From Raillietiella orientalis (lineage: Eukaryota), in NCBI GenBank assembly GCA_036172245.1, contig JAYWIR010000011.1, positions 620,001 through 684,000 on the forward strand: a stretch of DNA of 64,000 nucleotides. The letters run 5' to 3'. Made by a program: the position numbers and the translations under genes. Below are positions 1 through 12,809 of this stretch, one piece after another. How positions within the stretch are numbered: position 1 is the stretch's first letter; the number at the start of each line of letters is the position of its first letter. A model generated the notes under the pieces. That model saw only the letters and a program-made list of their open reading frames with translations, did no database searches and was not told the DNA's origin.

Positions 1-1070
1 AGGCCCTCTCCTGATCCTCTGAGGAAAAGAACCCCCTGACGAGGTCGCTACTGCTCGCTAGCGCTGACTTCTACGTAACTGCGTCGGCTGCTGCGAAGGT
101 CGTTCTGAACAGCCCCGTTCACCTGGAGCTGCGGTCCCCAGGAGTCATCGCGGCAGTGAACCGGGGACGCCAGAAGGGAGGAAGAAGAGGGGAGGGTAAG
201 AGGGAACCCGTGCAGGTCACCCAATCGCCGCGCGGCAGGCCAGCACGCTGGTCGAGCGTTCCGACAAACGCTGGCGAGGTGGTCAGGAGCGGCTTGCATG
301 AAGTCGTCACGGTCGGTGTGCAGAGGCGGGACTCCGGAAGAGGTTCGGCGAAGTCCTCCCGCGACTGGTCCAGCGCTGATTCGAAAAAGGGAGTCGAAGG
401 GCAAGCGACGCCTCCTCCCCCGCTGGAGCCCCTCTGTCATTGGCGCGCCGGACACGAGGCAGTACCTCTCAGGGGAGCGGCAAGGGTGAATCGCTCGGCA
501 CTCTCCGTGGAAACTTCAGCATCCGTTCCTCCTCCCCGTCTCCAGGAGATCGCTACCTTGGCAGCACGTATCCCGGGCAACAGGGCGTGCAGACTAGAGA
601 GTGGGTGGACCCGTCGCCCGTCGCGAGGAAGGGGAGAACTTCGCGATCCTGGGAATCCCAGTCAACACCTCCATCATCCCTCAACGCCACCAGGGGACTG
701 CCATCTTGGTGGTGCACCTCGCTGTTTCCAGAGCAATCGCCGCGCCCCAGCGGAAAGAGTGCACTCCGCCTCGGGATGGTGGCGGACCCTGCCTCACGTG
801 CTCCTTGCATGCGGAAGGGTGGAAGGATGGTCCCCTCTCCGTGGCGATTCCCTACGGCGTACAGGGGACGAGGAGGAGACGTCCGAAATGGAGGAAAGGC
901 GCGGTCCCCGTCATTCCGGAGGAGGACCGCTCGCAATCGTTTGCCTCCTCCGCGAGGGGACTCCGAGGCGAGGGGATGCGAGGCGCAAGGGAGTCTTCGG
1001 ACAATCGTGGGCGCAGACGGATCGGGAACGCAGTCCTCCCCTTCCCATTCCTCCTCCGTCTGACTCACGT

Positions 1071-2968
1071 CCTCCGAGGGCTTTCGGCGCGTGCGGTGTG
1101 CAGCCGGCGGGAGCATCCGACGGGTGTCGAACCGCCTCGAACTCCTCGGGACCGCTTCCTCCCGGCGCACGAGTGCACAAAACGTAGCCGCAGCTCAAGG
1201 AGTGGCAGGTGCAGGACTCGGCCATTCCTCCCGGGAGAGTCCCGCGCCGTCCGACCACGCCCAGGGAAGGAGGCACGGTCGCCGCCGCCGCCGCCGCCGC
1301 CGTGCGGCCGTTTCCCCGTTTCCACGACGATAGTGAAGGGACATCACTGGAAGTCGCCCCCCGCTTATTTTTGCTCATGAGGTCCTCCCTCCCCACCTCC
1401 CGCTCCTTCCCAGTTGCGTCCGTCCCCAGCGAGGGTTGTCCCTTCGGCTCATACCTGCACGTGCTGGTCCCCCTCCAGCTGCACGAACTTCATCTGTTTG
1501 TCTTGAATCTAGCGGCCCGGTTGTCCGGGTTGCGAAAGCCTGCCTGGTCCCGGGGAAGACACCACCGGTTCCCCCCAGCGCCGGTGGCATGAATGTGGCC
1601 GTTCAGGTTGAGGTCACCATCGCCGAACGCGCGGGCTACCGCCCGCAGACGCGAGTGGCTCCCCGTCATCCGCAGACTTCTTGCGCCGTCGATGCCGGGC
1701 TCCACTTCTTCTTCCTTCGCAATGCGCCTCCTCCCTTTCTTCTCCAGTCGGAATCTCCTCGGTCGCCCCCGTGCTGCTGCAGTCGCTCGCCGCCTCCCTA
1801 GGTCCCGGCGGAGCCACAGATGGGCGGGCGCTCCTCCGTCGTCAGCGCTCGGGATCTCCCGTCGCCTCACGTCTTCTAGAGCACCTGCTGCGGCGGCGGC
1901 ACCGCTGCCCGCGCCAAGCTCGCCCGCCAGAGAGTCCGCGAGGAGCGTCGTCTCTCCCCCACCTCGAGCGCGCCGTTCCGAGAGGCAGGGTGAACCTCGG
2001 AGCTGGCGCCTCTCTGCGGACGAATTCCTAGATCACTCGGTTTTCCTTCCTTCTTTTTTTTTTTTTTTTCCTATCCGCGCGTGCGCGCTCAGCCACGTGT
2101 GATGCCGACGCCCGTTGGCAGGCAGGCGCGTGTTCCCTCCGTGCGGCGGCTCCTTTGACGGGCGGCGCGCCGGAGAGCGCCCTCGCAGAGCGGGAGGAAC
2201 AGCACCTCGAGGGTACTCCCGGCTTGAGCCCAGGGACGTCCGTCCGCCTTCCCTCCTGCACACGGGCCGGACCCCGGCTCGTCGGCAGCCGGCCTCGCGC
2301 CGACGAAATCGGCCCTGCTCGCAAGGGAAGCGCGGGCGCAGAAAGTGCTCCGTTTCCATGGGTCCCCATTTTCGCAGATTCGTCCCTGCGGCCACCCGCC
2401 CCGAGGGCGGCGCGCGGCTAGGGCGTAGGGGATGGGCGCGCCCGCTCTCTCGCTCCGAGAGAGGGGCACCCCGTCATCTCCCGACTGCTCCCTTGACACA
2501 AAGGAGGCGTTTCCGGAGCCACCTCCGCGGCAGTGGGACCCCGACGCGCGTTCGCGTAGCGGCGGTCGCGCGTGGTGTAGCAGCTCGGTCCGCGCGCGCA
2601 CCAGCCCGCAGAGGAGAGGTCCGGCGCCCAGGTGACCTTGGGGCTCGTCCCGTCCACGTGCCCGCCTCCTTGGACAGGCGCTCTCCGAGGAAACGGAAGG
2701 GGGGACCCCGGCCCCTCCCGCGTCCTGGGGCAGGGTGCCGCCCCTCCGCCGTAGTCGCGGGAACGGCCGCGCGGGGGCGGCATCCGCGTCTCCTTCCCTG
2801 GGCGTGGACCGGCGGTGCGAGGCTCGCCCGGGAGGAGCGGTCGAGTTCCGCACCTGCCTCTCCCCCCTTGAGCGTCCGCGTTCTGTGCACGAGCGCGCCG
2901 GGAGGAAGCGGCCCCGAGGAGGTCGAGGCGGTTCGCCACCGGCCGCGCACGCCGAAAGCCTTCGGAGG
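1071..2968. repeat. Diverged inverted repeat pair: arms ~1071-1320 and ~2755-2968
   Basis: CGAACCGCCTCGAACTCCTCGGGACCGCTTCCTCCCGGCGCAC...CCACGCCCAGGGAAGGAGGCACGG aligns to the reverse complement of 2755-2968 with scattered substitutions and small indels. Confidence 0.9.
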
Positions 2969-3032
2969 CCCCCCGTCCGCCTTCACCGCGCCGTGAGCGG
3001 ACAGCCCGCCGAAAGCGAATCCGGGAGGTGGG

Positions 3033-3286
3033 AGCGCGCGTGCGCATAGGGAGATGGGTGTGCGCGTGTGCGCGCCTCCCTATACGCATGTCTGTACGTG
3101 CACGTATGCGCGCGTTCGTGCACATGTGCGAGTGTGCATGTGTATTTGCACGCACATGTGTGTACATGTGTACGTACGTGTGCGCGCATGCGTATATGCG
3201 TGGAGACATGTAGCAACGTGCGTGCCTGCATCTGTTTATGCACGTGTGTACATGCGTATGTACGCGCATCCGTACGTGCACGCATC
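3033..3286. repeat. Alternating purine-pyrimidine cryptic microsatellite (mixed CA/TG/CG/TA), ~250 bp
   Basis: Near-continuous RY alternation, e.g. GCACGCACATGTGTGTACATGTGTACGTACGTGTGCGCGCATGCGTATATGCGT. Confidence 0.9.
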
Positions 3287-6200
3287 TGGCTCTGCCCGGG
3301 GCGTTCCTTCGCCCGCCTGTCCTGGAGCACGTAAATTAGAGTTCCGGTCTCCGTGGAGCCCTCGACCGCGGTGGATTCGAGTCAGCGGGGTTTTCGAACC
3401 GGCTGCGGTGGCGGGGGAGGAGGGGGGGAGAGGGGGATCCCCCTGCCTAACAAAAAGGATCTTTGATTGATGGAATGAAGGACATCACACGAGGGTCCCG
3501 GCTTCGAGGCCACAAGAGAGCCACTCCGCATTTTTCTCGAAAGTGTGAATCCATCTAATCCATTACAGTTCCAGCTGGTGATCGTGACAAGGGGGCGGTA
3601 AGGGGGAGGGGGAGAGGCAGAGCACCGGCGAGTTGCAGCCGTGATTAAAAGTGGCTTTTGCTGCAGCAGAAAATTCTGGAACGCAGGAAAAAAAAAAAAT
3701 CCTTTCTCAGCTCGAGCCGGTCTTTTCCTCCGAGAAGAGAAAGAAGCGGCTCAGCTGGAAGCTGCAACGATTCCGCATTTTCGAAGGCATCCCTCTCCTC
3801 CTCCCCCTTCCCCGAGAGGAAGGTGCGAGAGAGGCGATGTGCCCACAAGAGTCTGGTCCTCGGCTCCACAGGACTGCTCGGAAGCTGTCCCGAGGCAGGA
3901 AGATGGGACCATCATCAAGGGAAGAAACAAAATTCCGACGGACCAGCAGGGGAAAGTACACTCTTTCCTTCCCTCCCTTTCTTCCTTTCTTTCTCCTTAA
4001 TAAGGAAGCAGAGGGGAGCTGGCAGAGGGGCTACCACCCCCCCCTCCCGAAGGGAACCTGACTTGGTGTACAGGCGAAGGAGTGACCGGGTGCTCCACGG
4101 GCCGAGGCGGCTGGAGCGCAGCCGGGTGCTGCAGCAGTGCCGCTCGCGGGCACCTCGCGAACCGATCCGCGCGCACCGCTCGAAAAAGGCGCTCATTCAC
4201 CTTGAAACCGCAACATGTCCTTGGGAATCCGGATGGGAAAAGTGGAGAGTTTGGAAATCCGCTTCCCCCCGAGGAGACGCGGGTGTCCCGGCCGGCAGCA
4301 CGCCGGATCTGGAATGTTCGACGCGTTTCGGCGCTCAGCGTTCCCGCCGCCTCATCCGCGCCGAGATCGGCGCCTCCTCGCCGCTGAAGGTGGTCGGGGT
4401 GGATCGGCTCGCGACGAGAGCGCCGCCGGAAACTTCGAGCGGAGGAACCGGCCCGCAGTGAACCGGCGGAAGGTCCAGGAGAGGGAGCTCAGAGAGGGGG
4501 CGGGGCTCGCCTGGCGGAGGGAGAGCACCCTCTCTCTCTCTCTCTGAGCAGCCCGACTGGCATGGAGGATCCCTCGCTCGCCTCCGCTCCCCCTTTCTCC
4601 TTCCCTCCACCAGGAAGAGGAAGGGGGAGGAGGAGGACCAAGGAGAAGCCGCGACCTTCTTGCCTGCCTTCTGAAGCATCGCCTGGGTAGGGTGATGGGA
4701 ACAGAGAGAGGGTGCTCCCTTTTCGCTGGCTCCCCTCGCTGGGGAAGAGATTCTTCCTGTGAGGACGAACGCCGTTCCCTTGCGTCAGGGTTCTGAGGTT
4801 CATACGAGAGTTTCCAGAGGGAACCTCGAGTCGATGCTCGTTCGTGGCCGTGCGTGCAGAGGGGTGACCTCTCTCGGGGAGAATTCGAAGCAGACCCCGA
4901 TCGAGGAGGGGAGGAGGGGGGAGGGAACGGACCTGCGCAGAGGGTGCTGCTACGGCTTTGCTCTGCACGTTGGGAAAGAGAGGAGGGGGAGGGAGAGGGG
5001 CAGAGCTGCGGTCCGGTCGGCGGTTTATTTTTATTTATTTATTTTTTGCAAACTTGCGTGGGCGAAACGGCGGCTGCGGGCGTTTCCGGTAGCCACGTCT
5101 CCGTCCTCCAGCCGAATCAACGGGTACCAACTAGAGGACGCTAGAGATCTCGGTACTGCCGCTGGGGTGTCGAGAAAACAGTTCTCCTTCCCCCTTGAGT
5201 GGGGTCACGCCTCGGGGCAAATCGTCGCCTTCCCGCCTTCCAGCCCCGCCAGACCGTGCGATCTTCCCACGGGATTCTGGGTTTGGTCCAGCCGCGAAAT
5301 TCGAGGCGCCTCGCCCCATCCCCCTTCCTTCCTTTTTGAGAAGGGTGCGTTGCCACGTACGCATCGACCCACAGGTGTGAGAGAGGTTCGCGAGCTTCCA
5401 GCTTTCTCCTCCTTGACGACCGTCAAGGCTTAGCCGGGGAGAAGGCCTCCGCCTCAGAGCAGCGTCCGGTTTCCTCCCGACCTATCCGAGCACCGTCGCT
5501 CGTTCCAGGATGTCGTGTAGCTCGGGGAAGCCGCCTCTGGACCTGGATTCGCCTCCTAGACCGGAACCCCCGCAAGAAGTCTCCCAGGACTCTGGACGAC
5601 TTCCCTTACAGGAGCTATTCGACCGCGAACAAGCGAGGCACCCCCCCAACCTTTCCCCTCTTGCCCGCTCCCCAGGGCATTTCCGCCTTCCACGACGAGC
5701 GAAGGTTTCCGGACGCGCCGCCCACGCCTGCGATCATGGAAGCAGAGGCCGGAGGGCACTGGCAGAGGAGAAGGGGCAGCTTCCCCGAATCCCGGGACGG
5801 AAGGGCTTTCCTCGCCTCGCCAGGGAGAGGCTGAGGGGGCGGCCCGGGTTCACCCGAGGAAATCCCCCCTTTCGCTCCCGGATCGCAGCGACGGTGGTCG
5901 TGTCCGCGCCGGCGCCACCTCTCACCGGTGGCAGGAAGCTCGCAGGGCGAGTCTCTCTCCGAGGGACCGCCACCCCCTTTTCGCTACGGCTCGTGGTATG
6001 CAGACATCCAGGAAGAGAGGGAGGAGGAGGAAGCTTCGACAGGGCTCGTCTGCCACCCGGATGACGATGAGGCACGCACCGAGGAATGCGTGGAAAAAAA
6101 AAAAAGAAAAAGAAAAAAAAACGCGGCATTACCGATATAGATGGAGCCGCTTCGAGTGCGTGGCCTGTGCCCTTTCCCGGACAGAGGGCAGGGGCTCGTG

Positions 6201-7699
6201 GAGAAATGGACGCGCTCACCTACCACCGGGATTTTTTCCTCAGCCTCCCTTCGGTAACCGACTCGTAGTCTCCGAAAAATCGAGTGACCCGTTTTTTGCC
6301 TCTTCCTTTCTTTCTTTGCTAACGCATTTGTATCGATGGTTTTGATTTACCGTCTGATTTGTATTGAGGTTTTTTTTTTTCTTCTTCTTCTTCTTTATCC
6401 TTTCGTTTCTCTCCTCAACTTATCACGTTGCAGCCCTTCTCCCCAACTTTCCGTCGCTCCGGAACCCGAAATCTCCTGACGAAAATTTCTTTGCTCTCGT
6501 TGAAGGGGACAGAAACGATATTTCTCTTTTCCTTCTCATGCGCGCCTTCGACAAGAGAGCGGCCGTTCTTCGAGTTACGCCCATCCACGTGACGCAGAGC
6601 TCCGCTGTCTTCTTGTGCGCACCTCCTCCGGTTGCTGCGTGCACCGGGAGAGTCCTCCAGGCGCGCGCGCGGGGGGTAGGGGGGTGCCCCTGCCCTTTTG
6701 CTGCCCGCACGGAGGAAGAAGGGCCGAGGCTGCCGCCGGTCAAGGGAGTTAGTGCCGCCGCGGCTCTCCGGGAGGCAGCACGTGCGCCCGCGAGCAACGC
6801 GGAGTGTCCGGAGGATGGAATTCCTGGGCGCGCGTCGAAGCGGGGGCCGTTCCTTGCCCCGCCGGTGCAAACCGGGAGAACCGGGAGCGCGCTCCCGGTT
6901 CGCAAGGGAGGGGAGGGAGTCCGTCCCCGGTTCGGGAGGAGCAAAGCCGGGTCCGGGAACTTGCTGCGTGGCGGAAAGCGGAAAAAAAAAAAAAGGAAAC
7001 TGCGAGATGAACGTCTCCGGTGAAGGACCCCTCTTCCATTTTCGGAAGCCGAAACGAAAGGAGCTTTCAGAGACGGGGGGAATCTCGCGTGGCATTGTCT
7101 CATGTGTCACGGACCCTGAAGCGTAGAGCAGCAGCAGGCACGCAGAGCGGAAGAAGAGCAGCTACTGGTTAGAAGGTGGGGCGCCCAAGTCCGTCATATC
7201 GAAGAGGCCAAGAGAAACCCGGAAGCCACCGATGAACGGCTGCCCATGATTTTGAAGAAATCTGAAGACACGACTACAGTCCCCTAAGTGGGGTTAAAGA
7301 GAAGCGAAAGGTCAGTTCTGGGTCAGCAGCCCAGACCGATTCCAGCCATAATGCGAGCGGATTCTTCACCAGCGGACCTTGTGACTTCAGTTCCCCCTAG
7401 ACAAGGCCCGCGACTCCGCGACGATCCGTAGACTGGATCTCCGTCCACTGCCGATCACTGCCTAATCGGCGATCAGTGACCACGGCAAGCTGACCGGAAT
7501 TCCACGCAGGCGCGTTGAGTTCGAAAACTGAAGCGAGGTCTGCCCTTCGCAGGCCAGAAACGCGCGGCCACCAACAGGTGGAATAAACCGGAATCGTCCC
7601 TATGCACGGAATCGGCACCGCGAGCGCCACCCCCCGGCGCTGTCGAATGCGGGACGCCATCTTGAGATGGCAACTGCCCAGCGCTGACGCGGGCTCAAG

Positions 7700-9700
7700 C
7701 CAGGTCGCAGAACTTCGACAGCCAAGTTTCACTTCGGGGTTGTGAAAATGGTGGAATTTGTGCGCTTCTCCAGAGCAGGCTTGAAAAAAAAAAAAAAATG
7801 GGAGCAAGCTGTTGAACCTTTTGCTGTTGCTGGAGAATACCGAAAAGATTCTACGCCTCGTTCAAACGAATCTCGCGCACGTTTTTTTTTAAGAGTCTCC
7901 GAGCATTTATCGTTTCTGGAGCAGCGCGCCGAGAGAAACTTTCGATATGACGAGCTCAGACTCGCAGCCATCTTGATGGTCCTCGCAGGAGACCATCAAG
8001 ATGGCACGGAAAGGCGTCCACTGCCTCAACATCCAAGACAAAGCTTTCAAGATCAGCTTCTTCGCTTTCAAGGATCCTGCAGAGTCATCCAGAGGAGGAA
8101 GCAGCGGACTCGTCCGTACCAAGCAAGGTACAAATGGGATACAATTCCCGAATGGAACGCCGAGGCAAAAAGGGAGCATCCATCTCCAGCGAACGCTGGA
8201 ACACCTGGGGGAGGCGAGCGCAAATTCAGCCGATGGGCGTATGCTGGTCAGTTCATCATCCCGTGGCCCTTCGTGCAAAATCTGAACCCATCCACGGAAT
8301 CGGAGTAATCGTACCATCTTGAACCTGCAACTAATAGGACAGCAATGTCGACACATAGTTGAGATTAAGGGAAAGCTCGAAGAGCGCTCCATGAAATGGA
8401 ATCCAACGGCAAGGAATCCGTCAGCGTGTGTAACCTTCCACTTTTGCAAGGTAGCCATGGCGCAGCTTGAAATGCACTTTCTAAAGGCACCGGGTGGCAT
8501 TCTTGAACCTGCTTCTCCTCCTTTTCTCTTCTTCACGGAGAAACGGTTCGATCGAAGGCGGGTCGTCATGGAAACCCGCTCGCACTTGCGACGAGCGCAG
8601 CGAGTTCGAATTTCTCCGTGATTTCAGTATCGAACGGTTCGACTGAATTTGGCTGTTGGCGAGGAAATGCATTTCTTGCAAAATTCCAAACGCTTCCTTG
8701 AGCATTCCAAGGGCAGTGATACAGACGCAGCGCATGTAAATTACAGCCCGCGCACACAATCTTTGGTCGGAGGAGAAACTGCAAGACGGAAACCATAGTC
8801 ACGTAGTTCGAATCAAGCGTTGCCTTTTCCGTTCGGGTTGCGCACGATATCCAGCAATTCCACATTGGCCACACCACACGTTTCCTGGCTGAAAGAGCAA
8901 GCCACACGCGCACCAGCCCCCCATCTCCTGCGCGCGGATGCCCCATAGGCGTTCCTACCCATTCTTCCGAGAGACCTCCTTTTTTTCCTTTTTTTTTTTT
9001 TTTCTCTTTCGCACAAAAATAAAAGTAAGCGGCCGGTGCCTTCCTATCCCTACTTCTTTCCAGCAGCGCCTTCCGAACCAGAAAATTTTCCGAACAGGGA
9101 GGAGGAACGATGAACGTCCAGAAGCTCCATCTCCGTCAGTCGCACCAAACTTCTGGGCAGTTCGGGGAATCCGTCCCTTTGTTCCACGTCCTCCGGCTGC
9201 TACCATCAGAAGACCACCGATGATTGAATCACGCCGGACTCGAAGGCCACGGCATTCTAATACACGAGGAGCCGAAACGTAATGGCCTGGAACCAGGAAA
9301 GAAACGCCTGCTTCAAATTAAAGAGGCATGGATTTCCGGGATAGCTCGAAAGCGCATCTCCACGCCCGAACTGTTCCGAGCAGGCAATTAAAAAGCCTCC
9401 GCATGACCATCTGCCTTTCGCCCTAACTAATGCCGATTTCACAAGAAAGCCGTATGCAAAGCAAGGTCACGCGGGAGGATTGTGCGTTTGGATGGTGCGG
9501 TGAGCTGCCGATTCCGTAATGGCTATCGAAAATTCTTCCGCATAATCATTCCCCATCACTTCTCGGAATGCACGTCGAATCTTCCAACAGAAATAAACGC
9601 CCGTTCGTTAGGAAGGTCTCTCGCCAATTGCGATAACCACCAACATAAAAACAACATGAAAGGAAGCAGTGAACCGTAACCGGTGGTGGAACATCCGTAA
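7700..9700 (+). mobile_element. Decayed non-LTR ORF2 remnant (APE endonuclease to RT)
   Basis: Frameshifted relics: YASFKRISRTFF (~7852, like YAP.....R..FF), LMVLAGDH (~7973, like GDFN), FKLKRHGFP (~9312, like L...GFP after the RT KAFD motif). Confidence 0.4.
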
Positions 9701-10849
9701 ATTATGAAGAGGAGTGCGCTGCGAAGGCAATCAGATGGAAGATCGAATCAATGGAGAATTCAAAAATGGCGATCTGAAGCTGATTGGACGAAATCAGTCA
9801 TCCCTTTGATTCCGAACACCTCGAGGTGAAGCAAAAACCGATCTCGAAGCAGCGACGGAAAGGCACTTGCAGCATCTCGTGGTGATGAAGCCATTCTTCC
9901 ATCCCGATCGGGACTGACCATGAAAGCCCACCACGGAGGATTACGAGTGGCGACTTCGGTTCGGATGAAATCGTTTTTTTCCGGGGCTTGTGGGATGCAA
10001 GGAAGGAACGTTCCAGATCACTTTCTGACCTGCGGCTAGAGGCGGATCTGCGAGAGGAGCGAGAACCACGTGTCTTGCCAAAAAAAAACAAAAAAAAAAA
10101 GGCTTCCGAGGAAGAAGACCGTCCCTACTGACCAGAGGGTTCATTTCCAGATCCATTTCGATGCTCTTTTCCCACTTTCTGATTTCTGATTCGTTTGAGG
10201 TAGCAGTCAAGAGCGCGGGGTCATCATGTTCGCGTATTTTTTCTTTTTTTTCTTTCTCTCCCGTGAGTCGAAGTGCAGTCACGATGTCGGCGGTGATAAC
10301 GCAATGTTCCCATCTCCATTCCTCTGGTAGAACTTTTTAATGATGTAGTAGATCACCCTTTGTTATTATTATGTAGTAGATTACGCTTCACGTAAAGATC
10401 ACAAGCGTCACTTTGAGTAAGTCCAGCGTTTGGGAAAAGGGGGGGATGAGGGGGCATTGTGACCACTGCATCCCTCGATTCGACCGGGACGGACGCGCTT
10501 GGCTTTCCGAACGCGGTCAAATGCTCTTCGATTCCGAATCCTGCGCGCAGGACACCTCAGGGGATTTGACGATCCTGTTGCCCGTAAATTCGGACCCTTG
10601 ACCTCCGAGCGGAGTCCTGCCAAACGAATTCAAAAGCGGACTCGACTTTCTTCCTCTGGATGACTCGATTGTGCAAATTGGCGAGCAGCGGGAGCTAGGA
10701 GTAGGCAGCCCATCGCGCGCGGCGCCCTCGTTTCCAAGCAGCCAGCAGCTTTTTGTCCTCGGGACGGAGGCAGATAGCCTCCCCAAACCGTTGGTGATGA
10801 GCTGAACCTTTCGGATCGCTCGATCCCTTCCCCCCCTCCATTTGGGAAC

Positions 10850-11150
10850 CCTCGGTCCGCGGCCGGTATCAGCGAAAATCCAAAACATGGGAGAACCCGC
10901 AGTTCCAAAAGGAAAGGAAAGGATGTCGCTGGGGCATTACGTCATCGCTTGCTCGACGAGCTCCTGGGAGCCTCGTGGTCTTCGGCTTCGCCCTCCAGCG
11001 AGCAGCTTGTTTTCAGTTGACCCACGTGAATTCCAGTTCCACCGTTGGCGGTGGCCAGAAACGTGACCGCGGTGCCGGCCGAATGCGATCCCTCCTGTCC
11101 CCGCTGGAAACTTCACAGCGCCCACCGCGAATTCGTGACCAGGACCGGTC
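10850..11150 (+). mobile_element. Decayed gag-like/ORF1 zinc-knuckle region
   Basis: Three consecutive Cys/His relics: LGHYVIAC, ACFQLTH and CDPSCPRWKLHSAH. Confidence 0.35.
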
Positions 11151-11880
11151 ACAGGAGTGCCCCCGAATTCCCAGGGCACTTGAGAGGGAAGGGGCCGGCC
11201 CGATTCCACAATGGAAATCGCACTCCCGGATGCTCCCTCGCTAGGATTCTCACTTTTCCGCGGTGGCCTCCCCTTGGCAGACTCGTTTGTAACAAAAGAA
11301 CGCTTCAGCCCTCAACTCTTACGACCCACTGAGCGATATTTCTCGCTCCTGTCACATTAGACTTGCCATTAAACACGAACCGTCCCACATCTTTGTGTGC
11401 CATGAATAATGAAAGGCCACTTTTCCTGTGAAGTATGTTTTGGAAAAGAAAAAAAAAAAACAGGAGAGAATCAGTCTGTTCGCCCAAATGAGCACTTTCC
11501 AAGGCATTTTCGAGCAATTTCACGCACATCTACGATTCGAACCCACGAATTCCGGGCGTAAGAAAAAAAAAAAAATTCAGAGGAAGGAGGAGAAATGATC
11601 TTTCCTGTATGATTTTATTTTCTTGCGTGTAATCACGACAGCAGCTGTCAAAGAATAGAAGTCTGCATGTGATAGTGATCGGTGTTTTCCCCCCTCTTTT
11701 TCGCACTTAATACCACATGATTGCCGCGGAAGAGAAAGCGTGGTTTCACTCACTCGGTTTCCGATCGGTGGCAAAAGACAGCGTCCGCGTCCGATGGCAG
11801 GCTGGAACGCAGGAGTCGGTGGCTAATCGGATGGAGGGGAAGGACAGAACCAGTAAGGACGGGCAGGAGTAAGGACTGCG

Positions 11881-12720
11881 GTGGTGGTCTGGGAATGCGA
11901 ACAAACGGCTGGGGGAGAACGCCGGGAGCATCAGTACAGTACGTCGTTCAGGCGAATTCAAGCTTTCTTCGCGCAAGTACACATTGCCGTCGAGGATGGA
12001 TTCTTGTACGCCAACATCTTCTTCGGTGGTGCTATCTTTGTCCGCTGGCACGCTGAAATCTTGGGACTTGGCTTCTCATTTCGGAGAGAGTCCACAGGCG
12101 ACATTTTCGCCCCCTTCTTCCGCCCCGGGGAGGTCAGGGAAGTGAGTGTCGGCGGTACGCTTCGAGAAAATTGGAGGCTTACGATCGGTGGCGAAGACTT
12201 CCAGCTGACGCGACGGTGCATCCTGTATACTGAGTCCGTGTACCACCCGGTGGAAAACAAGGTTGAGAACGGAAATCCGAGTTTTGCTTGTTTTGAGGGG
12301 GTTTCTGGCTTGGCAAGTCTTTTAAAGATCTCTCCATGTTAGCGTTTTGGTTGTCTTCTACGATTTTTGTTCCGATGAAAAACTTTCCCTGTATCACTCA
12401 AGACGTCGAAGAAATTCCATTTGGCACACTGAATGCCTTTTCTTTTCTTTAGAGGAAAAAAAAAAAAAAACCTTCTTTTGTTGCCGTGGCTTTATATGAT
12501 TGGGATTCCTCAGATTTGTGAATACAATGAGCACATAACGATGCAGATGAAGCTCTCTAGCGCAAGGTGCCGGGTTCCTCGAGATCCTTTTCTTCTCCAA
12601 GATAATCTGATCGTGGGAGCAAAACGAGTGGCAATTAGGAAAGCTACAAAGCCACATCCCCATCATTTTCAAGCAAGAGAATTTGCAAAAAATCTCCGAT
12701 TGCTTTCCCATGCAATAATT
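11881..12720 (+). mobile_element. Non-LTR retrotransposon ORF1 RRM-like segment (153-codon ORF) followed by the decayed start of an APE endonuclease
   Basis: ORF 11881-12342 contains AEILGLGFSF....GDIFAPF..GEVREV...GTLRENWRLTI, the pattern of an ORF1 RRM. Downstream GTLNA (~12423) and GAKRVAI (~12616) resemble the APE TLN and GVAIL motifs. Confidence 0.45.
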
Positions 12721-12809
12721 CTATAAAACACATGAATTACACAGACAGTGTAGGTGTTTCCCTGCCTATTTGCTGGTTGTCGTGTTTTCCCCAAGTCCCA
12801 CAAGGGGCG

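Larger units (their letters stand above)
1..7100. mobile_element. Cluster of heavily decayed, GC-rich L1/Tx1-type ORF1 (RRM + zinc knuckle) fragments in both orientations
   Basis: Recurring relics of the ORF1 'IP..L...G....V.Y.GQ...C..C...GH' motif: SIRSS...TYPGQ at ~520-580 (+), YEPKGQP at ~1435-1460 (-), LVY...C...GCCSSAARGHLANR at ~4060-4165 (+), RCKPGEPG at ~6860-6885 (+). A related block at 1071-1320 recurs inverted at 2755-2968. No intact ORF. Confidence 0.55.

Noticed and set aside
48..7126. Dozens of long overlapping ORFs in all six frames
   Set aside because: Arg/Pro/Gly-rich translations expected from high GC and stop-codon scarcity; no coherent domain beyond decayed ORF1 relics.
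11530..11550. tRNA B-box-like GGTTCGAATC on the minus strand
   Set aside because: T-stem does not pair, and there is no A-box or cloverleaf.
2053..12470. Many long A/T homopolymers within GC-rich relics
   Set aside because: No TSDs or consistent element ends seen; likely slippage expansion or sequencing homopolymer error rather than poly(A) tails.
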